From Amphibalanus amphitrite (taxonomy: Eukaryota): DNA of 64,000 nucleotides. Position 1 is the stretch's first letter. Each line of letters begins with the position of its first letter. The stretch covers positions 416,406 to 480,405 of the forward strand of contig NW_024881729.1 in NCBI RefSeq assembly GCF_019059575.1, written 5' to 3'. The notes under the pieces are model-generated. The model searched no databases. It was not told where the DNA came from and worked only from the letters and a program-made list of their open reading frames with translations. The position numbers were made by a program, and so were the translations under genes. Shown piece after piece: positions 1 to 13,400 of the stretch.

Positions 1-779
1 GAGAGGGCTCTGGTCCGAGGTCGCCCCAGACCGGGGACCGTCCGGACCGGGGGCTGATCCTGCGGCTGAGCCACAGAGCCGGACCGAGGTGTCAGCCGGC
101 GTCCCGCGGAACACGGCTCCGGAGCGCGGCGGTGGGGTAAACCCGCTCCTAGCCACCCCGGCCCCCACCCCACTGCCTGACACCTGCCTGTGGCCCACAC
201 CGAGACGGCTCAGCAGCGGCAGAGGCCACTCTGTGCAGGTGACAGGGGAGGCTCTGTCCACTCTGCCAGGGACATTAGAGGTGCGCTAAGGAGCACTAAT
301 GAACTTCCGGCTGAGACCCGTGGAACTTTATATCGATCGAGGCCATTGGTCTTTTTTGTTGCTTAGCATTTTTTGCTGCGCTGGTGAATTAAGAATCTTA
401 ACCGGTGCTCTTGTTGGTGTCGCCTTGATCGATCGGGCTAAATTATCTGATGTAAAACTGTATCACCGGTTGTGACTGTCTTCGAATGCGATTTGCGCCG
501 ACGTATCTTATCATAATGACGCTCAATGGACTAACTTTCTAACATTGGGACCTATTAAAACGGTTGCATGCTGCTACAAAGTAGAAAAGATATGTCGAGA
601 GCTGTTGATAACCGTATTACCAATAGCTTTGAAAGTCGTATTATTCGTCATACCGTCAGCTCGCACTGCTCTGAATATGGAAGCCCTCTCGTCTCGGTTA
701 GAGACGGACAGGCCGTCAATGCAGTGATGCGTCTCGAAACGGCCGCTCAATCGGACCTCCTTTCCATCACGGCGCGATT

Positions 780-1240
780 ATGTGGCCGACCGGAGACAGC
801 CGCACGGCCCGGTCCCGGCTAACGCGCCGTGTGACGGCCGCGAGTGGTGGCGTTTCACCGGCCGCGGCCCGTCGCAGCTCATTGGGGCTGATCCGTGCCC
901 CTGCTGGGCCGATCTGCCACGCTCCGAGCCAGGTCAGGGGCGGACCGACCTCACACCGCGCCTAGAGAGTCGACCCGTCCCGCCCCGCCCGGACTGGCAG
1001 GACGCGGCGGATGGGTCAGGGCGGCGGAGAGCTGTGGGGAAGTTGCTAGGTCGCCAAAGTCTATACTCGAGGGCGCAACACTTCTCGGGGCTGTGACTGG
1101 ACTCTCAATCATTCAGCCCAGCGCAGACTCGGCCGGGGACGGGAGACTCGCGAGTCCACTGACTGCCGCCGCGGCGGCAGTCAGTGATGATCTGGCGACT
1201 GGCGAGACTTCCCGACTGGCGAGTGGCTGTCCGTCTCCTC

Positions 1241-1274
<34 letters not shown>

Positions 1275-1516
1275 CCGTCCCCCTGGCGGCGGCCGCTGCC
1301 GAGCGCCGGCCGCCGTCCGCCGCCGGCCGCAGTCCGCGCTCTGAGGTCGGTGGGGGTGCACGTGTGTGCTGTGCTGCCTCGCGATAGGTCTGAGGAGGAG
1401 CGGTCAGTCGGCCGCCGCTGTGGTGTGACGCCTGGCATGGGCAGCGGAGTCTGTCGAGCTGCAGTCCGCCAGTGACAGTGCCGAGTCGGCCGGTGACGCG
1501 CACACGAGTGGCAGAT
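780..1516 (+). promoter_or_regulatory. GC-rich, CpG-island-like putative promoter and 5-prime UTR of the ephrin gene; contains a 30-bp perfect palindrome (1156-1185) and a (CCG)n tract
   Basis: Very high GC and CpG density immediately upstream of the ATG at 1517. The transcription start site is not identifiable from sequence. Confidence 0.3.
1240..1273. repeat. (CCG)n trinucleotide repeat, about 11 units
   Basis: Direct reading: ccgccgccgccg... about 245 bp upstream of the ephrin ATG. Confidence 0.9.
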
Positions 1517-1629
1517 ATGGCCCGCGGCCTCTCCGAGTGGCTGCTGACGCTGCTGGCAGTGCTGCTGTTCTGCGGCAGCGCCTCCGCCACAAAGATCTTC
1601 TACATCCACTGGAACACCACCAACCCCAT
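1517..1629 (+). CDS. EFNA: ephrin exon 1: start codon, signal peptide (MARGLSEWLLTLLAVLLFCGSASA) and first residues of the receptor-binding domain (KIFYIHWNTTNP); GTGAGT donor at 1630
   Basis: ATG followed by a hydrophobic signal peptide. The YxHWNttNP motif matches the ephrin receptor-binding-domain N-terminus (vertebrate ...VYWNSSNP...). The phase-2 end joins exon 2 in frame (NP-I-FQISN). Confidence 0.6.
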
Positions 1630-1641
1630 GTGAGTACCTGC

Positions 1642-1796
1642 AGAGGCGGATCCAGCTCAGAGGTTTGGGGGGGGGGGCAAACCATAAAAATTTATCGATT
1701 CTTTCCATGCATCGTCCATAGGCGTAATGTTAAAATCATGCCGTTTGGGGGGGGGGGCAAATGCCCATTTTGCCCCCCCCCCCCCGGATCCGCCAC
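1642..1796. mobile_element. small non-autonomous (MITE-like) insertion flanked by an 11-bp direct duplication, tgagtacctgc (1631-1641 and 1797-1807). It carries G11/C13 homopolymers that form a 16-bp hairpin, plus short terminal inverted repeats (ggcggatcc / ggatccgcc).
   Basis: Read directly: identical 11-mer on both sides; inverted ggcggatcc ends; internal tttgggggggggggcaaa ... tttgccccccccccccc. It is inserted 1 bp inside the ephrin exon-1 donor. Confidence 0.55.
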
Positions 1797-2681
1797 TGAG
1801 TACCTGCTCGGGATGCGATGAAGCCGGCGATCGGACGGCCAGGCGGGGCGCGATTGTATTTCTCTCTGATTTATGTTTCGACGATGTCCGGGGCGACCAA
1901 GCATGCAAAACGCTCCTCCCATTGTTGTCTGAGCAGCCTGTCAGCCAGGCGGAAATATATTTATATTTTATTCTTTACGACTCAATTACTCTGCGGCTGC
2001 GATTGGCTATAACTTTCTCCGATCGACGGACACCTAACGACGAGGGAATGCCTGCGTCGGATCTGACAGCGATGATATATGTCCGGAACGCTGACGAGAT
2101 TACATGTGTTTTCTCACGCCGAGGAGCGTCTGCAGAGACTGACACGATCGCGCCGGCCTCCTCTCTCTCTCACGAGCTTCGTGTTCGCGCCTCCCACGCG
2201 CGGTAGATGTTTGGGGCAGCGCGGCGGCCAGCCACTTCAGTCAGTCGCTGACTGACGCCGATGCTGACTGACGGCGGCACCCCGACGAACCGAAGAGAGC
2301 TCCGTGCGCTGTGCTGAAACTGTCGTGTAGATGGGACTACTCAAAACAGTTTGTGTCTCAAATGACCAAAAATTCGACAAAGCGCCTCGCCAATTTAGAT
2401 AATACAAAATTCCGTGCCGGCAAATAAGCACAATCGACGGGCCGCAAAGTTCCAAAATATCAAGCGCCGAATTGATATGACTCGGATTCCCAGATGAGAA
2501 CTCGAGCGGACCCCATTGAATAGGAGACTTCGCCCCCTGTCATTCATCGGGTCATAAGATGGACCGTCGCCCATCATTTATCGTCGTCAGGGTGATTCAG
2601 GACTAAAGTCGATGTCCGTTTCAAATGATCACCGCTGTTACCTAAAACACCCCTCTGTTCAGAGATCGTATCGAAGTGAGG

Positions 2682-2704
2682 TTAGAGAGGAAGAGAGTGT
2701 AAGA

Positions 2705-2764
<60 letters not shown>

Positions 2765-2789
2765 AGAAAGAGAGAGAGAGAGAGAGAGG
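2682..2789. repeat. (GA)n microsatellite
   Basis: Direct reading. Confidence 0.95.
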
Positions 2790-5700
2790 ATGTGTACATA
2801 TGTGTGTGGTGCTGTATGTTGTTATGGGCTGCCGCGGCGGCTGTGCAGTCCTTATCAGCTACCTGACGTGTCAGTGGGACGGGTCGGCTGGTAGGCCGGA
2901 GAAGTGTGACAGTGCCGCTCGGTCAGAGGTAGTAATCACCCAGCACCGATTGGTCGGTGCAGATACGGGCCATGATTGCCGAAAATGTGCTCTTCTGGGC
3001 AGTGTCGGGCCGAGGTTTACAGAGCAGGTGCGGTACTTCAGTGTGAACACAATGAAAATAGTCTTTGGCTCGTGTTTTACGTCGCTTCCTCGTGCCAAGA
3101 TCGGTGTCGAAGAGGCCTGACAGAGCAGATGTTCGATCAAGATTGTCTAGTTTTTTTATTTGTTGACTGTCAGTTCGATGTCATGTATCTTGATTAGCAC
3201 TATCCTCTATACACCACACTATAATGTAGTTTTATCACCACTACACATTCCACGAATTGGTTAGACAGTCACAATTTCCTAAATTGCCTCTGAATTCCCC
3301 ATCCGGGGTGAACCGAGGACAATTGACCCCATGGGTGGGCCAGTGCCTCCCCGCCGCTGCTAAGGGCGAACTCGATCGGCTTTTATCCGCCACACGCTAA
3401 AATTTATACAAACACATTCACGGCCCGGCTCTCGGCAGCAGCTCTCCGGCGCGGCGGCGGCGCGGCGCTCCGCGCTTGTTTGCGTTCCGGGCGGGGAATG
3501 TGCGGGCCGGGCCGGAGCCGGGGCCGGAGCGGCCGCGGCGGGCGGATCTGCCGGCCCTCCTCCCGCCACTCCATGACAGCTGAGTCAATGACACGGCGTC
3601 CGAGAGTCAGAGTCGAACGGCTCGCCGCTACCGGGTGGAGTTCAAGGGCCCTCGGCCGGTGTGCACAGGAGGGACTGCCCGCTACCGTGCGGGGCGTTGT
3701 GTTGAACCGCGCAGAGCCGGGGGACGGACAATCCTTGCTGGGACGGCACGACTGGCCGGTTGGCGACACGAGCAGCGGACAGGGACGATAATAGTGATTC
3801 AAACGGGGTGGGCCGGCCGGGCGACAGTCGCTCCCCGTCTGCACCTCGCGCTTCGCCCGCTCCATTCAGCTCCGCCGGTCCTGAAGAGTTCTCTCTCGTT
3901 CTGTATCCTCTGACCCGACATTCCCGCTCAGCGTCCCCGTCTCCTCTACCTCCGTCTCCGTACCTGACCGTCCATTGTCACAGTCCGCCCTGAAACCCCG
4001 CGCCGCCCGAGCCGGGACCGGCGCCGAGTGTGATTTATTTCCGGGCCTGGCGGGCGGCGGCGGGCGGTTTTTGGGGCTCGTTAGCCGCCATTGACGCCGG
4101 CTGCTGGCCCGCTGGCTCTCACGGCGCCCGCTCTCCCGTCAGAGTCCGTGGGCAGAGAGTGAGCACCGGCCGAGAAAAGGTCTGATCGAACTGCGCCTCT
4201 CCGAATGAAACCGGTGCAGGCGCGGGTCTGAGTCAACTCGTCCATCTTCTTCCGATGCGATGTGGCTTGGTTGCGGCCATGATTAGGGTTCGCTTGAGAA
4301 CCTGACATGCTATGAGCTGGTGCGCTGATTGAGATAACCTCTGTGCAGACTCGCTGAGCTGGTGGATCTGCCCGATTGACTCGCCATCTCTGCGTGCCTG
4401 TGTGATGAGCTATAGGTATTCTACAGCCGTCAGCAGCCCAGTCGACCGGTCAGCAGCCGTCAGCTCCCGCCTGCAGCCACTGCGTACCGAATAACGGGCC
4501 TCCGCGCCGAGCTCGGTCACGTGACCGATCTCAGCCTCAGCACCTGTGGTCACGTGGTTGCACGGTCTACGTCCGTTCGGCGCACTGCATGTTCCATGAC
4601 CGGAGTGGTTAGTGGGAACGGATGCCGGCGCCGGCCGAGCGCCCGGTCCGGGGAACGATCGGCGGCGGCTCCGGCGGCTGTGCCGAGGGCGGGGGCGGGG
4701 GCGGCCGGTCAGGGTCAGGCCGCTGATCGGACCGGCGATTGTTACCCGGCGCTCGAGCATCCTTCACAGCCGGCTGAATGGGATGATCACAGCGCCAATA
4801 CAGTCGGCCGTCACTGCGGGGTACGCCGGCTCTCCCAGTCACAGACAAAGCAGCTGCGGTCATGTAGCCCTGTATGAAGCGTCCATGAGAAGTCTGAGCG
4901 GCGTGGCCCTTCTCCGAATCAATTTACATCACTATTCACCGTTCGTGTGCCTGATCACCATTGCATTCCTGGCTGCCATGGCGGCGCCGCCCGCTGCGCG
5001 ATCCTTTCTCTTCGTCTCTCTCCACTCTGGGCCACTCCCGGCTCCGGGCGGGGGGGGGGAGGGGGCAGAGGGAGCCGTGGTGATCAGAGTGGCTGACTGC
5101 AGACTGCCCATACCGCCCCCGCCCCCGCCCAGTCCGTCCCCGTCTGCCTCCCTCTCACCAGGTAAACGCCTCTTCACCAGACTTCGCTCAGACTACACGC
5201 ATTAATTAATAAAGTTACAATGGCTAATGACTGTGAGCTCTGCGGCGCTGTCGGGGCGACGTTTGGCGACAGGGGATGTGCATTAGAAGGGCGTCTGGCG
5301 GCGCGCCGGGCCGCTAATGGCCGACCCCCGGCCGGAGACGTCTGTCAACCGGTGACGGCCAGACGGTCGCGCTGTCTGACCGTGACGCCCGGTGACGGAC
5401 GGCCGGCCCGGGCGGGCCTCCAGAGGGGGCCGCGCGGCCAGCGACCCGACAGAGGAGACGATTTACCTCTGGACTGAAATTGTCTCTGGTGGTGTGTGGG
5501 CCGCTACCGCATGTGATTACTGATTACTGGGTCAGGTGAGGTGGGGAAGTGTGCGTGGAGATGTGTCGGATATGGTGGAGCAAGTCCATAAGTCTACGGT
5601 TGGAGATCGCTGGCAGCTTTCCTGGAGATCGCCACCGAAAACCGTTGCTGGATTCCGTCCATTGAGATCTATTGGCCGTCAGTGTGATTGCGGAAGCTGT

Positions 5701-8700
5701 CACAGGCCTCGCTCCTATCTCCACTTCGTTATTCCAGCACGTTATTCCAAAGCGTGTTGACTTTATTCTGGGTCAGTGTGCAAATCTTTGGTCCACTCTG
5801 AGTTGTGCCGAGTGGCGATATTGTCTCTGACGTGGCCACTGCGCCGATCTTCCCTATCCATCACCGCCGAGCCGTCGTGTCACGTCGGTCCCTCACACGG
5901 CAAACCGATAAACGTCTAGATCGAACACCGCTACCCACTGGCTGCCGGCAACGTCTTTCATAGCCGGTCTGCGCATCCACACGCGCTCAGTGAGCCACTT
6001 TCCCCTTGCGCTGTCCGGCCGCGATCTGTCCCTACCTGCGCCGTTCCGTTCTGCCCTGTTCTAACCGACTATGCCCTCGCTGCTCGCCTGTCGACAGTCC
6101 GTGTCGGAGAGGGCAGCGTTGACAGCCGGTGACTGACGGCCGGTCGGAGTACAAGACTCCGGCGTCTGCAGCCCTGGCACCAGCCCCCTGCCAGCGGCGG
6201 ACGCTGCAGACGTGCCGCGGAGAGCGCCCGCTCTGTGACCTCAGTCCCTCTCAGTCACACACGGCCCAGCTCGGCGCATTGACAGTATCTCGGTCGGATC
6301 ACCGGTCAGCTGAGTTAGTGAACAGCGATGTCAGAGCTCCAGAGAGTGAAGCTCGCCCCGCTGTGAGACGCGCCGTGCAACTACTGCCGATCTTGGGCGA
6401 CCCACCCAACATCCGGGGCCGGGGTGCCGATCGGGCAAAGGGCGGAGACATCGGCTCTGCGATGAGCTCACGACTGCCGCTGGATCGCGATTAATCATGG
6501 CGGAGTTAATCGACCGAATTCCGGTTGTGGTTATTGTGTTTTAAGCTGGTGTTATTGTGGGCTCGCCGGCCGTCTGAATGGAGTGTAATGAGCTCGGTCT
6601 GAGTGGCGCTCCGGCGGCCAGTCAGCGTGCGCTGCGCTCTGGACAGCCGTCGGGACCGCCCGCCCAGAGCAGGGAGAATGCGGTACAGAGGAGAAAGGAA
6701 CGCCGGGTCACGGACGGTGGGGGCCGTCCCTGGGCGGTGCAATATCGGGCCTGCCTGAATCAGTGGGGGCTGGAATTAATCGTTCATTCTCATGATAGGC
6801 ACAGGGCTCGACCATTCGTCATCCCGATTCATCGTCACCTTTATCGTGCATGACGTCGTTCTCCGTCATCCTTTTTGGGTACTTCAGTGACCGTGGCTGC
6901 AGTCTCCGCTGTTTTGCATTCCTGGAATTCAGCTCCCGTGTCGCCGCTGGATTTATTTGGTCACGGCGCCGGCCGCCGGTCCCGCTCTCCCGGTTCGGAG
7001 TGCGGCGCGGACCGGCCGGTCGCGGCACGGACCGTGGGTGGTGACCGGGCTCGGCCGCAGACAATTAGCGCCGCTTTTTGTGCCGCCGCCGCACAATGCC
7101 GCCTAATTCGGCGCGCGAGCGGCCGGCGGCGGACGAGCCGGCGCGCCGGCCGCGCAGTGTTTGCCGCGTCCGGCATACCGCGCCATCCTCGCCGCCGGCG
7201 CCGCCGCTGGCACGCGTCGGGTAGGCACCGTTTGGGTTAACCACCCAGCCGCAGTTAGTCGTACAGGTAATCCTGTGTTTCAGCGGCGACGGTAGAAGTC
7301 AAACCGATGTCAGCTCCTGATCTTCTCCTGCCGCTATAACTCCTCGCCAGAAGTCGGGCGGCGGCGGTGGCGGTGGCGCAGCTAGGAGCGGCAGTCATCG
7401 CGCCGTAATTGTCGCTGTTCTGGCACAAAGCGGCGCATTTGTCAGCGGCGCTACAAGGCTGGCCGGTGTCGGCCGCTCGTTATCATTCCTCGGCCGTGTC
7501 GGAGACGGCTGCGGAGGCGGAGCGCATCGCCCGGCCGCCGCCGCCGCCAGCACACCACACTATTGTCTCAGATTCCGAAAATACACACCCGCGCCCGCAT
7601 GCTCAGATATGCGTAGAGTGCGCATACGCCCTCCGCCCCCACATATCGTAGTTAGACAGGCGAACAGCCATCGCACACGAACTTGATCGCGCGGGTGCAC
7701 CTGACCGCCCACTCATGCAAACACAGTGAGTCGGCGGTGCTATGAGCCCGTGAGAGAGCAGTCTGTCGGCGCCTCTCGGCGGCGGCCCGCTCTGGGCGGA
7801 GGGACGGGCCGCGCTGCAGCTGACCTGGCCTTGGCCCGCGCAGTAACGAGAGGGAGAGGGCGGCCGGCGCCGCGCGCTGACCACTTCGTCCACCGGTGGT
7901 TATGACTCAGGTGAGGCTCCGCAGCGGCTCATCTCGACCGACCGAACACGGCGGGGTGAGCGGGGGTCACCGCCGGGCCGCAGCAATCGGCCCAGAATTA
8001 ACCCGCGATTGTAATGACGGCTAATGGCGCCGCCGCGCCGGTTAGGCCGCCAAATTGTCCGAGGGGCCCGCGCCGGCCGCGAGACGGCCGCCAGGCGGCT
8101 CCGCCCCCGCCCCCGCCCCCGCCCCCGCCGGCGGTGACGATCCGTTGCCGTCGTCGGCGCGTCGCCCGCGACGAAGCGCGGCGACGACGATACATCAGCG
8201 AGGATTGACGAGCGGCGAACGTGACGCAGAGCGGCGCCGGCGGCGCGACTGTGACAGAGGAGGCGCGGCTGTCACACTCCCGGCGCGGCCGAGGCTTCGG
8301 CGGCAGTCACGGTAGGTTGTGGGGACGCTTTGTGGAGGTTTCTGAGGATTACCCACAATAGAAGCGGACCGAACAGCGGTGCACGCATGTTGTACTAGCT
8401 TTTCGACCGACCGCTCTGTCTCTGCTGTTTTTCACCAAAATATTGTGAATACCGGATACCGAAGCGGAGATTTTGCAGGTCTGTTTATCTCCGTTCTGTT
8501 TATCTTGATATGCTGGAAATGCGCTTGTAATCTCGTCCTTGAATGCCCACCCGTAACTGCATATATTCGGCTTTGTCAGAGATGCTATCAGACTGTCTCC
8601 GGCTACTCCATCTTCTTGACTGGTGAATCCGCGGTCTTTCATCCTGGCTGGGTGTTCATCAGCGGTGCTTACATGCTGGCTACAGCCGAACCTGCTTACC

Positions 8701-10011
8701 TATGCGGCACGTCTGGGAAATGGCCGTGCCGTACCGGCCGCTCCGTTCCGCGTTATTGACTCGTTGGCCACCTGAGCGATGGCACCTGACCGCCGTGTCT
8801 TGTGACCTGTCCCTCGTGAGGCGGACACTACCGCCGTGGTGGACCCAGCTCGTGCAGACTACCTCACGACGTTTCACCGCAGTCCAGTCTCTGAGCAGAC
8901 CGTAAGCAGTCAGTCAGCAGTCTGTTAGCAGTCCATAAGCAGTCCGTGTGCAATGCCGCCAGCGGTGCCGCGTGCCGGCCGCGTCCGCCGTGCGAAACTC
9001 GAGCCCATCCTGCACTCAAAACTTTTTTACTACCTCCTGGAGAGTTCATTTTCATCAAACCCGCAAGATAATAGTATATTGAAAGGGTAACTCGCTGCTA
9101 CCATTATGTGCATAGTAACGGTACGTGGTTAATATGAACTTATTCGCCAGCGAAGAGTATTATTACCATGTAAATATCAATATTACTCTCGCGATCCAGA
9201 ACATCACGAAAACTCTTTCCTCCTGGGTATCGTGACTCGGATACAGATAGTCGTTTCATGCGTGGATCTTTTTTACTCTCGTGAAGATGATATTTGAAAT
9301 GGAAACAATCAGCCAATCAGAAACGAGATCGGCCGTTTGCGGTTTGAAGGCCGCGCGCATCTGTCAGTTTTCGGCCGTTGGTCTCCGAGAGCGGATGTGA
9401 GCAGTGTCGGTGCCGCGCGGCGTGGCCTTTGGTGATTGTGCTTGTGTGTTGTTCATCGCCTATAGAGCCTCTGTGGACATTTTATTGTAAGTACCGATGT
9501 GCTAGAGCATTGCGTGCCGTTGAGTGGTGCTAATTTGACCTGGTTAACAGGACCCCGTGCACGGCCACGTGGCCTAGTGTTGTGAGTACGTACATTAATT
9601 TTGTTGGGATGCTACAAGTTTATGCATTTTGTTGGTGACTTTGAAAAAGCCTTGCACTGTAGTGATCCAGTCTCATTATCTCACGCAGACGGGCGACCAC
9701 CCAGGAACGCCGTCGCTCACTTCAAATATTGTGCGCTCTGCGTAATCTAATATGAGGGCGCTGAATGTCTTGTATTCATATTCAAATTGCATTCAAGTTG
9801 TATCGTGGTGTTTATTTACCGCTTGTGCATTGCTGAACGCTTTGTATAAATTTGGATGAATAAGTGAAGAGTCTCACAATGTTCATGGTTGGTGTGCCCC
9901 TCGTATTGTTTGTACGGAAGCCAAATATACCTACATTGTTGCTCTTGAAACATTTTTTTTTAGTTGGTGAGCTCCGGTTAACAGAAGCTTCGTGAAGCTT
10001 CTGAAGGAAGC

Positions 10012-10405
10012 GTCTGTGGGTCTGTTACCATCCTCTGGGGGGTTTACACTAAAGGAAAGAGTAAACATTACCATGTGACAAAGGGTAGGCCATAAGAATA
10101 TACTCTCTGTAGGAGGGTAAAGCACAGGGTAGATGATGCGTTACTCCCTAAAAAAGGGTTCCGTTAAAGATTTACCCTTTCAAAGAGTGTAACCCAAAAA
10201 ATGTCACACTCTAGACAAGAGTAAATCAAAAGAGTTTACCATTCAGAAGATGGTAAAAAACGTCTGTGTGTCATGTTACCCCTCCCTGGCGAGTTTACTC
10301 TTCATGAAAGAGTAAAATTTACCATCTGGAAGGTGGTAAAAAACGTCTGTGTGTCAAGCTACCATGCTATGGCGGGTTTACCCTTCAGGAAATGGTAAAA
10401 AAGTT
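10012..10405. repeat. degenerate tandem array (minisatellite) of roughly 80-bp units. Each unit carries gtctgtgtgtca, tttacc, gagtaaa and ggtaaaaaa motifs.
   Basis: Two clean adjacent units at 10265-10345 and 10346-10405, with diverged copies upstream. It lies inside an AT-rich island (about 9060-10430) within the otherwise GC-rich intron. Confidence 0.6.
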
Positions 10406-13400
10406 TTCAGTGTGGGTTTGTTCAACACGGCTTACGCCACGCCAGCGCGGCCGCTGATAAATGGCAGCGTCACGCTATTAAAGCAAGACAAATGGCCGAC
10501 GCCGAGCGGCCGCGGCTCATGTCATCTACTCCTGGCGGCCGGCGGTGGAGGCGGGCCGCGGCGACCGCCCTCCGTGTCCCTGGCTCCCACCGGCGCCGGC
10601 GACCCCGGCCGGAATAACGGCAGGTAGTCACACCGTCCCCTGCGTCCCTCATATCGGCCCGGCACGGCGCCGCGAGTTGTGTCATACCAGTGATCCCTGG
10701 TGACCGTCGCCGCCGTCCGGACAACGGTTGCTCAGCAGGGCTCGTGTCCAATTAGTGTTTGCTCCGGCGCGGCCAGCCTGCAGCGACCACAGTGCAGACC
10801 ACTCTGTGTTGGACGCTCGATTAAATTACGATTCGGGGCGCCGGTCGTCGGGTAGGCGGGCTCATAGTGACCCGGCGACCGCGACTCGCCGGCTGAACTT
10901 GACAGTGATTGACGTCGAGGGTCATTGGTCGGCGGAGCTGGCAATGGCCATGGACCAACCACTGACCACTGACCGATCATCGCCATCGACCACTGACCAT
11001 TGACCATTGGCTTCTGCTTATTGACGCAGCGTTCTCCTGACCTTTGGTAACCGTCGACCTCCTAATACCCACCGCGGTGAGGTGCATGTCACTGATCAGT
11101 CGAGTAGGAATCGATGACGAGCTCCTGTCTGTCGCTGCCCACGCACTGCCAAGTGAAGCGCCTCCCGTCGACGGGCAGAGTCCGCCCCCCCCCCCCCTGT
11201 CGGTGCCGACGTGCGTCGATCGGCGCCCCTCAGCAGGAGTCTGAGCGCGCGCCGCCAGTGCGCCGGGATTGTATACCGACGGGTCAGCGCTGCGCCGGGA
11301 TTGTATACAGCGGCAGCAGCGCCCCGTGTTTGTATACACCGCGGCGTATACAGATCGGCCTGCGGGAGAGGAGCGGACTGTGCGGGATCGACCACATCCG
11401 CCGGGGGGGGGGGGGGAGGGAACATGGGCGGGGAGGCGGGTTCATGGAAACGAAGAACATTGTTTGGAGAAGTGGGTCGGACGGAGAAGTTTCGGTGCAA
11501 TTTGTCGGATGTTTGACCATCCAGCTTTGCAATAACGAAGTACAGTGACCTGCAGGTAGGTATGCAGTTGTTTGAATACTTCTCGAGCATTGTTTCTTTA
11601 TTGCGAATACCTTCAGCTTCGCTATTTCGCAATTGTCTTCCGTCTCGATTGATGACCCGGTTATGTCTCATTCCTTCTCTAGTTCTGCCTCTCACAGTGC
11701 AGGCTACACACTGGACGCTGCACATTGCACTAAATGCACACCCACCAGAGCCTTCCTCGGCTCAGTGGCGGCAGGCGCGCCAAAGTTCGCACGCGCTGCC
11801 CGGGCGCGCGGAATCCATTCAGCCTTTGGAGGGCCGTTTCTTGGTGGGCCGACGGTGCTTTTTACCGGGGGTTTTTACCGCGGGGCTTTGGCGAGCCGGC
11901 TGTCTGCAGCCGCGAGGTGGCCGTTTTTGGCGCCGGTGGCCGTGCGGCAGCGCCATTTGATCGGTCTATCCTGTGGAGGCGCGCCGGCCTCGGTCACGTA
12001 CCGTCCTGTGATGGTCGGGATGGCCGAGGGTCGGCGCGGCGCCGCCGGACGGCAACCGACCCCTCACTTATTCCCGAGTGCACGGTTTTTGTCGCCACTT
12101 TGCACTTTCTCCTCTCAGTCACCACTCTTATCACTCCATACTCAGGCTCTTATCTTCCCACTCTCTCCTTTGGCTGTTGTCTCTACGGCGCGGTGGGTGG
12201 TTTAATCAGCTTGATTCGTACCAGATAGTCTCATTCGTAGCTTGTATTTTCGTTATCCTGTTTTTTCCTTTATCTAAAGGTGTTCATCGTTTCCACTCGT
12301 GGTTTCATTCATAGGACTTCATTCATGTTTTTCATAGACATATCCTGTGTCCATTCTTGGTTCCATCTACCCCGTGGCTTTATTCATCTACTTTTATCGT
12401 TCGCTCTGGGAGTCGAAATGGAGCTCATTTCCCCTATAAACACCTTCAAATGCCTAGGAACCGCTCCACTCGCCGTCTGCTGTCCTTTCCACCGTCCACC
12501 GCCCTAGCCACCGACTGTCCACCGTCCACCGCCCTCCACTGGCTGTCCACCGTCCTTCCACCGCCCACCGCCGCCTGCCTCCTGCTGAGGGCCATCGTTC
12601 ATGGCCGCCCTTTGTGCTGCCTTGTCGGGCCGGCCGGCGGACGCCACACATCACCTGTTGCACACGTCCAGCCAGCTATTGTCCTGCCGCGGCCGTGAGC
12701 CGGTGCCATCCTGCGGAAACGGCGTGACCCGCGCCGGCCGGCCGGCCGGTGGTGCCGCCAGAGTTAACGCGCATGACGCCGCTGACACTCTGCTCAGAAA
12801 ACGGGGCCGGTTTGACAGCTCTATCGCCGTTTGGCACGGGACCGGAGCGCGACGACCGGCGCTGCAGATAAGGCGGCGGTCACGCGTCTGACGGACACGG
12901 GTGCCGGACAACACGGTCACGAGGCCGGCGGACACGGCGCGGCGGACAGCGGACACCGTGCGGGGCTCTGTACAGCGCTCCGGCACGGAGCGTCAGCACT
13001 GCGCACCGAGCGGCTGTCAGCGGTGTCATGATAGCCCGATTATTGTGCTGACAGAGCGTTGACGAATCGGTCGGTCTGTGTGTTCAGCTGCTGTCGGCGG
13101 CACGTCAGGTGTGACCCAGGGCCTCACCACCGCACACGGGCGCACCGCCGCCGCTCAGTGAACCTCAGATGGAGATCGGCCGACAGACGGCGGTCATTCC
13201 GGTCATAAATGGTGTGACAGCGCCGCCCGCAGCGCCATCTCTGTCCCCCGCTGGGAGACACATCCGGAGAGACCCAGGGCAGTTTGTCTTGCTGACCGGT
13301 CGCCGGCGTGCACTGTGCAGCACAGCGGCTGTACTGCCACCGCCGCTGCACTGGGTAGTGCGCTGCCCTGCCCGCTCGGCCGGCCGGCCGGGCAGGGCAG

